From positions 1 to 62,354 of the forward strand of contig DKEK01000002.1 in the NCBI GenBank assembly GCA_002452155.1: a DNA stretch of 62,354 bases, given 5' to 3'. This DNA comes from Candidatus Saccharibacteria bacterium UBA6824. GTDB taxonomy: Bacteria > Patescibacteriota > Saccharimonadia > Saccharimonadales > UBA10212. This document shows, one piece after another, positions 49,712 to 58,412 of this stretch. The notes under the pieces are model-generated. The model did no database searches. It worked only from the letters and a program-made list of their open reading frames with translations, and had not been told where the DNA came from. The first letter of the stretch is position 1. Each line of letters begins with the position of its first letter. The position numbers were made by a program, and so were the translations under genes.

Positions 49712-50175
49712 AATATAATGAGCTTACGCTTCACAAACAGACTAAAGCCACCCGCCCCGGCCGAGGCATAAGTGCCGGTAGGGGCAAAACCGCCGGCCGC
49801 GGTACAAAGGGCCAGGGTTCGAGAAAGAGTGGCGGTGTTAGGCCTGGTTTTGAAGGCGGTCAAATGCCGCTTTACATGAAGTTGCCCAAACTTAGGGGCT
49901 TCAAGAGCCACCGCCGGCAATCCGAAATTGTCTATACCGGCCAGTTAGACCAAGTTAAAAAGGCGACCGTTGACACTGCCAGCCTAACGGAAGCCGGTTT
50001 AATTTCCAGCCCCTACGTTTCGGTCAAAGTTCTGCTGAAGGGCGAGATTAGCGCCAAGAAAGATGTCAAGCTCCAGTCGGCCAGCCAAGCCGCTAAAGCT
50101 GCGATTTCTAAAGCCGGCGGAAACTTTACGCGGGTTGATAGGTTGGGTCGAACAGCTAAAAAAACAGAGGAATAG
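49708..50175 (+). CDS. rplO: 50S ribosomal protein L15 (follows rpsE directly; no rpmD/L30 between them)
   Basis: RPGRGISAGRGKTAGRGTKGQGSR. Its start overlaps the rpsE stop by 4 nt. Confidence 0.95.
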   Translation: MKYNELTLHKQTKATRPGRGISAGRGKTAGRGTKGQGSRKSGGVRPGFEGGQMPLYMKLPKLRGFKSHRRQSEIVYTGQLDQVKKATVDTASLTEAGLISSPYVSVKVLLKGEISAKKDVKLQSASQAAKAAISKAGGNFTRVDRLGRTAKKTEE

Positions 50176-50227
50176 TGTGCCCATGGGCCTTTGCTATACT
50201 ATTTGTAAGTTAGGGGCGTAAGAAGAG

Positions 50228-51757
50228 GTGAACTGGGGCTTAATTTTAAAATCACTTGGCCACAGCGAGATGCGTAAGCGCATTTTAGCCGTCCTTGGCA
50301 TGCTGCTGGTCTTTCGCATTCTAGCTCATATTCCCGTCCCCTTGAGCGACCCCCATACCCTGCGCCAGGTTTTAGAGAATTTATACACCCAGACTAACTC
50401 ATCTCAGCTTCTGGGCTTTTTGAATGTTCTTTCGGGCGGAGCGCTGGCTAACTTCTCGATCATGCTCGTTGGTCTTGGTCCCTACATTAACGCCAGTATT
50501 ATCATGCAACTGTTGACTAAGGCCATCCCCAAGTTTGAAGCGCTCAATAAAGAAGGCGAGTTTGGCCGCAAAAAAATCAACCAATATACCCGGATGCTGA
50601 CTTTCCCTCTGGCCATTGTCCAGTCCATCGGCCTCATATATCTAATCCGCCAGGAAGCCCAAAGTATCGGCGGCCTGGGCGATATCACGGCCCACACATC
50701 ACCCATCCAGTGGGCACTGATGATTGCCGCCCTAACCGGTGGTTCGATGATACTTATGTGGCTGGGCGAGCTTATTACCGAGCGCTCAATCGGTAATGGT
50801 ATTTCACTGCTTATTACTGTCGGCATCGTTAGCCGCCTGCCAAGCCTTATCTCAGAGCTGGCGCACAGCACAACTTACGTGGTCGGTAGTAGCGCCCGCG
50901 ACAAGTGGACAATCTTGCACCACGCTTTTTCGAGGCACGGTGTAATTATAGTGTCGATGGTGGCGGCGGCCACACTTTTTGTCACCTGGGCAGTCGTTAA
51001 ATTAAACGAAGCCTCGCGTAAGCTAACGGTTAATTACGCCAAACGGGTTCAGGGAAATCGCACTTACGGCGGCGTTACAACTACATTGCCGGTAAAGCTT
51101 ATCACCGCCGGCGTTATACCAATTATCTTTGCAGTGGCCTTTTTATCGGTACCCAGTTTTGGCGGACAACTTATGACCCACGGACAAGGGATAGCCATGG
51201 TGCCGCACACTTTCTGGGAAGGGGTTGGTGTCCATCTGTCCCAATGGTTCCAAAACCCCAGCGCCGCGACTTTTGCCGCCGGCGGCTGGCGGCCCTGGAT
51301 TTATCCCGTCACCTACTTCCTGCTGGTATTTATCTTTACCTATTTCTATACCAGCGTTACCTTTAATTCCAAAGAAATAGCCGAAAACCTGCAAAAGCAA
51401 GGTGGTTTCATTGCTGACGTGCGCTCCGGTAAGCAGACAGAAAAGTATTTGAGCAAAACAGTTAACCGGCTAACCTTATTCGGCGCCATCGCCCTTGGTA
51501 TCTTGGCGGTCCTGCCGATAGTCGCCCAAGTGTATTTAAGTCAAAGTATCGCCATTGGCGGTACCAGCATCCTTATCTTAGTATCTGTTTCGCTGGAAAC
51601 CTTACGTCAAATTGAATCGCGGGCGATGATGATAACCTACGACCAGTACGAACAACCAGATTACTTCTATGAGCCGGGGCCAGCCGGCACGGCCGCCATG
51701 GGTGCCCGGCGCCTGCGGTTCTTACCGCGGCCGGGGTCCCGTAAAAAGCCTAAATAA
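50228..51757 (+). CDS. secY: Preprotein translocase subunit SecY (long form, 509 aa)
   Basis: SEMRKRILAVLGMLLVFRILAHIPVP, GPYINASIIMQLL and GGFIADVRSGKQTEKYL blocks. GTG start. There is an internal insertion and a basic, GC-rich C-terminal tail relative to typical SecY of about 440 aa. Confidence 0.93.
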   Translation: MNWGLILKSLGHSEMRKRILAVLGMLLVFRILAHIPVPLSDPHTLRQVLENLYTQTNSSQLLGFLNVLSGGALANFSIMLVGLGPYINASIIMQLLTKAIPKFEALNKEGEFGRKKINQYTRMLTFPLAIVQSIGLIYLIRQEAQSIGGLGDITAHTSPIQWALMIAALTGGSMILMWLGELITERSIGNGISLLITVGIVSRLPSLISELAHSTTYVVGSSARDKWTILHHAFSRHGVIIVSMVAAATLFVTWAVVKLNEASRKLTVNYAKRVQGNRTYGGVTTTLPVKLITAGVIPIIFAVAFLSVPSFGGQLMTHGQGIAMVPHTFWEGVGVHLSQWFQNPSAATFAAGGWRPWIYPVTYFLLVFIFTYFYTSVTFNSKEIAENLQKQGGFIADVRSGKQTEKYLSKTVNRLTLFGAIALGILAVLPIVAQVYLSQSIAIGGTSILILVSVSLETLRQIESRAMMITYDQYEQPDYFYEPGPAGTAAMGARRLRFLPRPGSRKKPK

Positions 51758-51766
51758 TACCTCTTT

Positions 51767-51838
51767 ACCCAGCACCTAGGTCCGAGATCATCCACCTCTG
51801 GTGGATATTTGCGAAGCACTCGGCTCTAGGTGCTGGGT
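51767..51838. repeat. 72 nt palindromic element (copy 1) in the secY-infA spacer
   Basis: 13 bp perfect arms ACCCAGCACCTAG / CTAGGTGCTGGGT, inner CCGAG/CTCGG pairing, and an apical hairpin ATCCACC-tct-GGTGGAT. Related by eye to 58117-58184. Confidence 0.8.
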
Positions 51839-51867
51839 TGACAACAGATAGGCCTCTCTGTTAATAT
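51838..51867 (+). promoter_or_regulatory. infA promoter TTGACA-N18-TAATAT
   Basis: TTGACA at 51838-51843 (its first base is shared with the palindrome arm) and TAATAT at 51862-51867. Confidence 0.5.
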
Positions 51868-51882
51868 ACTCAGGTTATATTT

Positions 51883-52104
51883 ATGGCTCGTGAAAAAGAG
51901 GTAATCGAACTGGTCGGCAGCGTCGTAGAGGCTTTGCCGGGAACCCAGTTTCGGGTAGAACTCGAAAACGGCCATGTAATTATAGCTCATGTCGCCGGCC
52001 GGATGCGGAAGAACTATATCCGCTTAGTCCCGGGCGACCGCGTCAAGGTTGAATTGACACCTTACGATCTGACGAAGGGTCGGATAACCTACCGCGAGAA
52101 TTAG
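51883..52104 (+). CDS. infA: Translation initiation factor IF-1
   Basis: [65 protein letters not shown]. Confidence 0.97.
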   Translation: MAREKEVIELVGSVVEALPGTQFRVELENGHVIIAHVAGRMRKNYIRLVPGDRVKVELTPYDLTKGRITYREN

Positions 52105-52154
52105 TATCAATTTAAGGCAGTGTGTCACCACGCTAAAAAGGAGTGATGATCCGC

Positions 52155-52271
52155 ATGAAAGTGCGTGCTAGCGTCAAGAAAATTAGTCCCGATGATAAGA
52201 TAGTGCGGCGCAAGGGCCGGGTCTACGTCATCAATAAAAACAAGCCTAAGCACAAACAGAGGCAGGGTTAG
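52155..52271 (+). CDS. rpmJ: 50S ribosomal protein L36, Cys-less (zinc-independent type)
   Basis: Not in the ORF track (38 aa). Hand translation gives [38 protein letters not shown]. The usual CxxC...C...H ligands read S, D, N, H. Confidence 0.9.
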   Translation: MKVRASVKKISPDDKIVRRKGRVYVINKNKPKHKQRQG

Positions 52272-52273
52272 CT

Positions 52274-52660
52274 ATGGCTCGCTTAGCCGGCGTTAATATT
52301 CCCGATAATAAGCAGGTCCACGTGGCGCTGACTTATATTTATGGCATTGGCCCAAACGCCAGCGCCGATATCGTTTCAACCGCCAAAGTCGAACCGACCG
52401 TTCGGGTGAAGGACTTAACCGACGCTGAACTGTCGCGCCTGCAGGAAATTATCACCAATAACTACACTGTCGAGGGAGAGCTCCAGCGAGTGGTAACCGG
52501 TAATATAAAGCGTCTCAAGGACATCAAGGCTTACCGTGGCCTGCGCCACCTGGCAAACTTACCGTCCCATGGCCAGCGGACCCGCACCAACGCCCGCACC
52601 AGGCGCGGTAAGAAAGTAACGGTTGGCGGCACGGCTAAGAAGGTAGCGACTAAGACTTAG
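52274..52660 (+). CDS. rpsM: 30S ribosomal protein S13
   Basis: MARLAGVNIPDNKQVHVALTYIYGIG. Confidence 0.97.
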   Translation: MARLAGVNIPDNKQVHVALTYIYGIGPNASADIVSTAKVEPTVRVKDLTDAELSRLQEIITNNYTVEGELQRVVTGNIKRLKDIKAYRGLRHLANLPSHGQRTRTNARTRRGKKVTVGGTAKKVATKT

Positions 52661-52665
52661 TGGTT

Positions 52666-53124
52666 ATGGCAGAAAAAACACTAACCAAGCCAGTTGAAGA
52701 CGAAGTAGTAGCCGCTGGTGCGGAGGAGGCAGAGCCCAAAAAGGCTAAACCAGTCAAAAAGAAGAAAAATCGCCGCAGCCTTAGCCACGGCCATGTTCAT
52801 GTTCTGGCGACTTTCAATAATACCATCGTTACCGTGACGGATGAGAAAGGCAATGTTATCGCCAGTTCCAGCGCCGGCAGCGCCGGCTTCCGGGGCTCTA
52901 AAAAAGGCACTGCCTACGCCGCCCAAGTGGCGGCCGAAAAGGCCATTGAAACCGCCAAAACCTTTGGCCTGAGCAAAGCCGATGTCTTCGTCAAGGGCAT
53001 AGGTCTCGGCCGTGACGCAGCCGTTAGGACCTTGGTCGCCCAGAGAATCGAAGTCGATACCATCAAAGATATTACCGGTACCCCCCATGGCGGAGTTAGA
53101 CCCCGAAAGGCCAAGAGGAACTAA
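52666..53124 (+). CDS. rpsK: 30S ribosomal protein S11 with an N-terminal extension of about 30 aa
   Basis: HVHVLATFNNTIVTVTDEKGNVIASSSAGSAGFRGSKKGTAYAAQ. ATG at 52666 is preferred over the GTG at 52660 that overlaps the rpsM stop. Confidence 0.94.
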   Translation: MAEKTLTKPVEDEVVAAGAEEAEPKKAKPVKKKKNRRSLSHGHVHVLATFNNTIVTVTDEKGNVIASSSAGSAGFRGSKKGTAYAAQVAAEKAIETAKTFGLSKADVFVKGIGLGRDAAVRTLVAQRIEVDTIKDITGTPHGGVRPRKAKRN

Positions 53125-53127
53125 TCT

Positions 53128-53748
53128 ATGGCCAGGGATTTACAGTCAATTGTTAAGCGCTCCCGGCGGGAGGGCTATGCCCTTCACCCCAAAGCCCATA
53201 AAGCACTGGTTAAACGCAGCGGTCCTCCGGGCCAGCAGGGGACAGATATGCGCCGGCGCCCAAAAACTAGCCAATATTCCCTGCAGCTGCGCGAAAAGCA
53301 GAAAGTTAAGCGGCTTTACGGTCTACTGGAGCGCCAATTCGCCAAGATGATGAACGAAGCCAGCCGTACCAGAGGTCAATCGGGTGTAACATTGCTACAA
53401 TTTCTAGAAAGGCGCTTAGATAACACTATCTACCGCTCCGGCTTTGCGCCATCGCGTCCGGCCGGCCGCCAATTAGCCACCCATGGCCACTTTACACTCA
53501 ACGGCCGCCGGACCGACATTCCTTCCATCAGGGTTGCAGTTGGCGACGTTATCGAGCTGCGCGACCACGGCAAAAACACCGAGTATTTCAAACAGATTGA
53601 TGTAACCAGCCCGGCGCCAGCCGCCATACCGGCGTGGCTGAAGGTCGACCGTAAGGAATTTCAAGTTACCGTTACCGGCCTGCCGACGCGTGATGACGCG
53701 GAGCCGGATATTAAAGAACAGTTAATCGTCGAGTATTACTCACGCTAG
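53128..53748 (+). CDS. rpsD: 30S ribosomal protein S4
   Basis: YSLQLREKQKVKRLYGLLERQF...LERRLDNTIYRSGFA (S4 domain). Confidence 0.96.
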   Translation: MARDLQSIVKRSRREGYALHPKAHKALVKRSGPPGQQGTDMRRRPKTSQYSLQLREKQKVKRLYGLLERQFAKMMNEASRTRGQSGVTLLQFLERRLDNTIYRSGFAPSRPAGRQLATHGHFTLNGRRTDIPSIRVAVGDVIELRDHGKNTEYFKQIDVTSPAPAAIPAWLKVDRKEFQVTVTGLPTRDDAEPDIKEQLIVEYYSR

Positions 53749-53772
53749 GGATGCGACGAGGAAGGCAAGTTA

Positions 53773-54726
53773 ATGAGCAACAAATTAATCCACACACCGA
53801 CACTGGCCGCAATTACAGACCATAGTCCTACCAGTGCAACCTTCGTAATCGAGCCGCTGCACACCGGCTACGGGATGACGCTAGGTAATAGCCTGCGCCG
53901 GGTGCTACTCTCCAGCATTTCCGGGGCGGCTGTCACCGGTTTTAGGATCGAAGGAGTCAGCCACGAATTTACGACTCTCCCAGGCGTTAAGGAAGATGCT
54001 ATAACCATCATGCTGAACTTAAAAGGCATCCGTTTTAAGGTTTTTAGCGACGAACCACAGATCATTCGTCTTTCCAAAAAGGGCAAAGGCGTGGTTAAGG
54101 CCAAGGACTTGCAGCTGAACGCTGATACCGAGGTAGTCAACAAGGACCACGTAATCGCCACTATCGACGACGCTAAGAGTGCGATTGAAGCCGAGCTACT
54201 GGTTGAAACTGGCCGCGGCTACCGTGCCCTGGACGAACAGGCGACCGATAAAAAGACAACCGATATGATCATGCTTGACGCCCTATTTACGCCGGTTTTA
54301 CGTGTCCGCTACAAAGTTGAAAACACCCGTGTCGGCCAGATCACAGACCTCGATAAGCTACTAATCAGCATTGACACCGATGGGTCAATTACCCCTCGCG
54401 AAGCCTTTGAGGAAGCTGCAGCCATTTTAGTGAACCAATACACTGCGCTGGCCGGACAAACCAAGGTAGAGGCCGGCGCCTCGTTGGCCGCTGGCGAAAC
54501 TTCTACTGAAGGCGGCGGCGATGAAGCTGACGAACCGGCCGAACTGATGACATCAATCGAGGACCTCAACCTCAGCGCCCGTACCACCAACGCGCTGGTT
54601 AATAACGATATCCAGACCATTAAGGATCTCGTCAGCCTCAGCGAAGCCGAACTGCGCGACCTCAAAGGTTTTGGCAACAAAGCTTTAGACGAAGTCAAAG
54701 ATAAAATGGCCGAATTGGAGCTGTAA
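53773..54726 (+). CDS. rpoA: DNA-directed RNA polymerase subunit alpha
   Basis: EPLHTGYGMTLGNSLRRVLLSSI, and a C-terminal domain with LNLSARTTNALVNNDIQTIKDLV. Confidence 0.96.
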   Translation: MSNKLIHTPTLAAITDHSPTSATFVIEPLHTGYGMTLGNSLRRVLLSSISGAAVTGFRIEGVSHEFTTLPGVKEDAITIMLNLKGIRFKVFSDEPQIIRLSKKGKGVVKAKDLQLNADTEVVNKDHVIATIDDAKSAIEAELLVETGRGYRALDEQATDKKTTDMIMLDALFTPVLRVRYKVENTRVGQITDLDKLLISIDTDGSITPREAFEEAAAILVNQYTALAGQTKVEAGASLAAGETSTEGGGDEADEPAELMTSIEDLNLSARTTNALVNNDIQTIKDLVSLSEAELRDLKGFGNKALDEVKDKMAELEL

Positions 54727-54731
54727 GCAAA

Positions 54732-55283
54732 ATGCACCGCCACGGATACAGGGGAACCAAATTCGGACGCGAGCGCGACGCTCGCCGCGCCCTGCTCAAG
54801 TCTTTGGCGGACTCGCTTATTTTGCGTGAATCGATCGAGACAACTCTGCCAAAAGCCAAAGAGGTTGCGAGCTATACTGAGAAGTTGGTTACAAAAGCCA
54901 AAAAAGGCGGCCTGCACAACCGGCGCCAGGTTATCACGGCTCTAAACACGCTCGAAGCTGCCCATAAGCTTGTCGATGAGTTATCGCCGAAGCTCGCCGG
55001 CCGCAACAGCGGCTATTTCCGGGTTGTGCGAACGACCACCCGCCGCGGTGATAATGCCCAGATGGCTAAAGTTAGCTTCGTTGATGATCTAGCGGCCAAA
55101 AAGACGTCAAAACAAGCGGCTGAAACGCCAAAGTTAGGCAAGAAAGGTCAGCAAAAAGCCGATAAGCCGGCAACCGCCTCTAAAGCCGCCGAAGCTGTCC
55201 GGGACGACGCTGTGAAGAAGATCAGTGCTAAAACCAGCTCTACCCAAGCGGCCCGACGTACCGGCAGGAGGGGTGATAGATAA
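54732..55283 (+). CDS. rplQ: 50S ribosomal protein L17 with a K/A-rich C-terminal extension
   Basis: MHRHGYRGTKFGRERDARRALLKSLA...GYFRVVRTTTRRGDNAQMAKV, then about 60 aa of low complexity. Confidence 0.94.
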   Translation: MHRHGYRGTKFGRERDARRALLKSLADSLILRESIETTLPKAKEVASYTEKLVTKAKKGGLHNRRQVITALNTLEAAHKLVDELSPKLAGRNSGYFRVVRTTTRRGDNAQMAKVSFVDDLAAKKTSKQAAETPKLGKKGQQKADKPATASKAAEAVRDDAVKKISAKTSSTQAARRTGRRGDR

Positions 55284-55729
55284 TGAAAACCTACAGCGCT
55301 AAGCCGACCGACGTTAGCCGCAGCTGGCATATCCTCGACGCTTCCAAGACGCCTGTCGGGCGTCTTTCGACCGTGGCGGCGAGCCTACTGCTCGGCAAGG
55401 GCAAACCAAGCTTCACACACCACATAGATGTTGGTGACTACGTGATTGTCATCAATGCCGGCTCGTTGGTTGTCACGGGTAATAAAGTCGCGAATAAGAC
55501 TTATTATCGCCACAGTGGCTTCCCTGGCGGCCTCTATAAGCGCACTTTGCGTCAAACGATGGAAATCGACCCGGCCCGAGTCATTGAACACTCTATCCGG
55601 GGTATGCTACCGGTAAACAAACTGCGCAAAGCCCGCCTGGCCCGCCTAAAGGTTTACCGCGATGACCAGCATAACCATAGCGCCCAGAACCCGGTGCCAC
55701 TGCATATTAAGCAAAAGGGGAGCAAATAA
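55283..55729 (+). CDS. rplM: 50S ribosomal protein L13
   Basis: MKTYSAKPTDVSRSWHILDA...YYRHSGFPGGL. Confidence 0.96.
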   Translation: MKTYSAKPTDVSRSWHILDASKTPVGRLSTVAASLLLGKGKPSFTHHIDVGDYVIVINAGSLVVTGNKVANKTYYRHSGFPGGLYKRTLRQTMEIDPARVIEHSIRGMLPVNKLRKARLARLKVYRDDQHNHSAQNPVPLHIKQKGSK

Positions 55730-56127
55730 TGGCAGGCACTTATTTCTACGCCCTGGGCCGCCGTAAAAGCGCTACGGCACGTGTGCGTTTAATGGGCGGC
55801 AAGGGTTCATTTATTATCAATGATAAGCCATCCGTCGAGTATTTTGCGGCTAGCAAATACCTCCAGCACGAACTAATTAAGCCATTTACGGTGCTAGAAA
55901 TAGACCCTGACAAATATATTGTTAGCGTCAAAGTTAGGGGCGGTGGCCACGCCAGCCAAGTGGACGCCATCCGCCTCGGCGTATCCAAAGCTCTAGTCGA
56001 GCTAAACGAGGATTACCGGGGCACACTCAAGCGCGCCGAGCTACTGGGGCGCGACCCGCGCGAGAAAGAGCGCAAAAAGTTCGGACTCAAGGGTGCTCGC
56101 AAACAACGCCAGTTCACCAAGCGCTAG
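55729..56127 (+). CDS. rpsI: 30S ribosomal protein S9
   Basis: GRRKSATARVRL...GGGHASQVDAIRLGVSKAL...RDPREKERKKFGLKGARKQRQFTKR. Confidence 0.96.
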   Translation: MAGTYFYALGRRKSATARVRLMGGKGSFIINDKPSVEYFAASKYLQHELIKPFTVLEIDPDKYIVSVKVRGGGHASQVDAIRLGVSKALVELNEDYRGTLKRAELLGRDPREKERKKFGLKGARKQRQFTKR

Positions 56128-56153
56128 TAAAAGTTAGGATATAATTAATCCAA

Positions 56154-57182
56154 ATGGCGAAAGACGTAATTCTTACGGGACTTAGGGCGAATTCGGAGTT
56201 CCACTTAGGGAACTATTTGGGAGCTATCTTGCCTATGGTTGAACTTCAAAAAAAACACGCCGGTCAGTATCAACTAAATATGTTCATTCCGGACCTGCAC
56301 AGCTTCACTACGCCGATTGACCACGGGAAATTGTATGAGCAAACACACCAGAACCTCAAGGTTTTTGTGGCTGCCGGACTGGATATTGACCAACCGGACA
56401 CCTTTATTTACCGCCAAAGCTACATACCGGCCCACTCAGAGATGACCTGGATCCTGGATTGCTTTACCTACTTTGGTGAGCTGTCTAGGATGACCGAGTT
56501 CAAAGACAAAAGCGAAAAACAGGCCAATGTTAGCGCCGGACTTTTCAATTACCCCGTCTTGATGGCAGCCGATATCCTTCTTTATGGCGCTAAATGGGTA
56601 CCGGTGGGGGATGACCAACGGCAGCATGTAGAATTCACTCGCGACTTAGCCATACGAATGAATAACAAATTCGGTGACTTGTTCGTTGTCCCTGAAGATA
56701 ATACCAAGCAAGCGGAGTTCACCGGCCGTGCAGAACCGGTGCGCATTAGGTCTTTACGTAACCCAGAAAAGAAGATGAGCAAAAGTATTGACGACCCGGC
56801 AGGCACCATAATGCTCAGCGACAGTCCCGAAGAAGCCGCTAAGAAAGTTATGGAAGCCACGACTGACTCTGAGGCTAGCATTCGTTTCGACTTTGAAAAA
56901 CAACCAGGCGTTAGTAACTTATTGCAAATACTGGCCTTACTTGGCGGTAAGCCGCAAGAAGAAATTAACAAGCAGTGGGTTGGTAAAACCAACTACGGCG
57001 AGCTGAAGTCCGCCGTAGCCGAAGCGGTAAAGAATTTCCTCGCAGACTTGCAGGCCAAACTGGCTAAGGTTGACGAAGCCAGGCTAATGAAAAAAATAGA
57101 AGCTGACGAAAAAGCCATGCAAAAAGTAGCCAACACTACTCTGCTCAAAGTTCAAAAAGCGGTGGGCCTAAGACCGGCCTGA
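56154..57182 (+). CDS. trpS: Tryptophan--tRNA ligase
   Basis: Class Ic layout: FHLGNYLGAI (HIGH-type), GDDQRQHVEFTRD, KMSKS. 342 aa. Confidence 0.92.
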   Translation: MAKDVILTGLRANSEFHLGNYLGAILPMVELQKKHAGQYQLNMFIPDLHSFTTPIDHGKLYEQTHQNLKVFVAAGLDIDQPDTFIYRQSYIPAHSEMTWILDCFTYFGELSRMTEFKDKSEKQANVSAGLFNYPVLMAADILLYGAKWVPVGDDQRQHVEFTRDLAIRMNNKFGDLFVVPEDNTKQAEFTGRAEPVRIRSLRNPEKKMSKSIDDPAGTIMLSDSPEEAAKKVMEATTDSEASIRFDFEKQPGVSNLLQILALLGGKPQEEINKQWVGKTNYGELKSAVAEAVKNFLADLQAKLAKVDEARLMKKIEADEKAMQKVANTTLLKVQKAVGLRPA

Positions 57183-57184
57183 TT

Positions 57185-57469
57185 ATGTCCAACGAACATC
57201 AGTCTTTTTTTCGCGAAAATTCAGGCGCACCCGACAGACAAACTATCTTTGTGGGTCGGCTTGTTATGATGCACCAAGCAATGACCGACCCTCATACACC
57301 AACAATAGACACTAACAACGAAAAGCTTAGTGATGAGAGAAAAAAAGTTACGGCTCAAGCAATTACTGAAGTCTTGGTAACCTTTGACTTGATGTGGCCG
57401 GAATGGAGAAAATTTGATACTGGTCTTGCGCAGAGAGTGGGTGAAATTATAGGCGGGGATGAAAACTAA
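57185..57469 (+). CDS. Hypothetical protein, 94 aa
   Basis: Open frame starting 2 nt after the trpS stop and overlapping the next gene by 11 nt. No recognised motif. Confidence 0.4.
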   Translation: MSNEHQSFFRENSGAPDRQTIFVGRLVMMHQAMTDPHTPTIDTNNEKLSDERKKVTAQAITEVLVTFDLMWPEWRKFDTGLAQRVGEIIGGDEN

Positions 57470-58412
57470 ACCCCGGGAGTTTAAAACAGAACCGGAGGAT
57501 ACCGGTACTAGAGCCGATATTTTTTTGGCTCAAAATTACCCGGAGTTTACGCGCTCGTCGCTAGAGCGACTTTTTGATGATGGTTATGTAACTATTAGCA
57601 AAAGAGCCATAAAGCCCAGCCATAAGCTAATAGCCGGGGAAAAGGTGTCTGTGGACGAGAAAGTCTTGCGTAAAAAACCGCCGGCTATTAAACTACCGGT
57701 CATTTATGAAGACGAAGACGTTATTGTTATGGACAAACCGCCTGGTGTGCTGACGCACGCTAAGGGTGCGCTCAATCTTGAAGCTACCGTAGCCAGTTAC
57801 ATTAAAGATAAAATCACTGACCCGAAGTTAGGCGGAAATCGGGCGGGCATCATCCATCGCCTAGACAGGGCTACAAGCGGCGTGATAATTACAGCCAAGA
57901 ACGAAACAGCCCAAAGATGGTTGCAAAAACAATTCTCTACCCGAAAGGCTAACAAAACCTATCTAGCAATAGTGGAGGGGGTACCGGCGCAGCTGGAGGC
58001 GATCATTGACGCACCGGTTGAGCGCAACCCAAAAAGACCTCAGACTTTTAGGGTCGGGGGCGCCGGTAAACCGGCACAAACAAGATACAGGGTATTAAAA
58101 AAACTTAACAGGCCTGCCCCGCACCAAAACCTGAGCGGAGCAGTCGGTAATCGGATTGCGAAGCGTCAAGTTCTTGGTGCGGGGTCAAGCAACCTATACT
58201 CGCTACTTGAGCTAAACCCGCGAACTGGCCGGACGCACCAGCTTAGAGTGCATCTAAAATACATAGGGCATCCGATTGTTGGCGACAATGTTTATGGGCA
58301 TGGCGATGACAATATGTACCTTCACGCTAAGTCACTTGAAATTACGCTGCCCGGCGGCCAGAGAAAAAAATTTGAAGCCCGGATGCCAAAAATATTTAAG
58401 GAAATCAAATAG
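57459..58412 (+). CDS. rluD: RluA-family 23S rRNA pseudouridine synthase (RluD-like) carrying an in-frame insertion of about 27 aa
   Basis: S4-like N-terminus, catalytic HRLDRATSGVII, TGRTHQLRVH and HPIVGDNVYG. The extra segment NRPAPHQNLSGAVGNRIAKRQVLGAGSSNL sits between the conserved YRV and LLEL...TGRTHQ blocks. Confidence 0.9.
   Translation: MKTKPREFKTEPEDTGTRADIFLAQNYPEFTRSSLERLFDDGYVTISKRAIKPSHKLIAGEKVSVDEKVLRKKPPAIKLPVIYEDEDVIVMDKPPGVLTHAKGALNLEATVASYIKDKITDPKLGGNRAGIIHRLDRATSGVIITAKNETAQRWLQKQFSTRKANKTYLAIVEGVPAQLEAIIDAPVERNPKRPQTFRVGGAGKPAQTRYRVLKKLNRPAPHQNLSGAVGNRIAKRQVLGAGSSNLYSLLELNPRTGRTHQLRVHLKYIGHPIVGDNVYGHGDDNMYLHAKSLEITLPGGQRKKFEARMPKIFKEIK
58117..58184. repeat. 68 nt palindromic element (copy 2) embedded in frame in the pseudouridine synthase CDS
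   Basis: 11 bp perfect arms CCCCGCACCAA / TTGGTGCGGGG. Shares CCCnGCACC arms and the internal GGAT..TTGCGAAGC block with the element at 51767-51838. Confidence 0.7.

Noticed and set aside
51660-51757. GC-rich imperfect hairpin (CCGGCAC-ggccgccatgg-GTGCCCGG) inside the secY C-terminal tail as a third copy of the palindromic element.
   Set aside because: The arms and interior do not share the CCCnGCACC / TTGCGAAGC signature of the two reported copies. The similarity is limited to GC richness.
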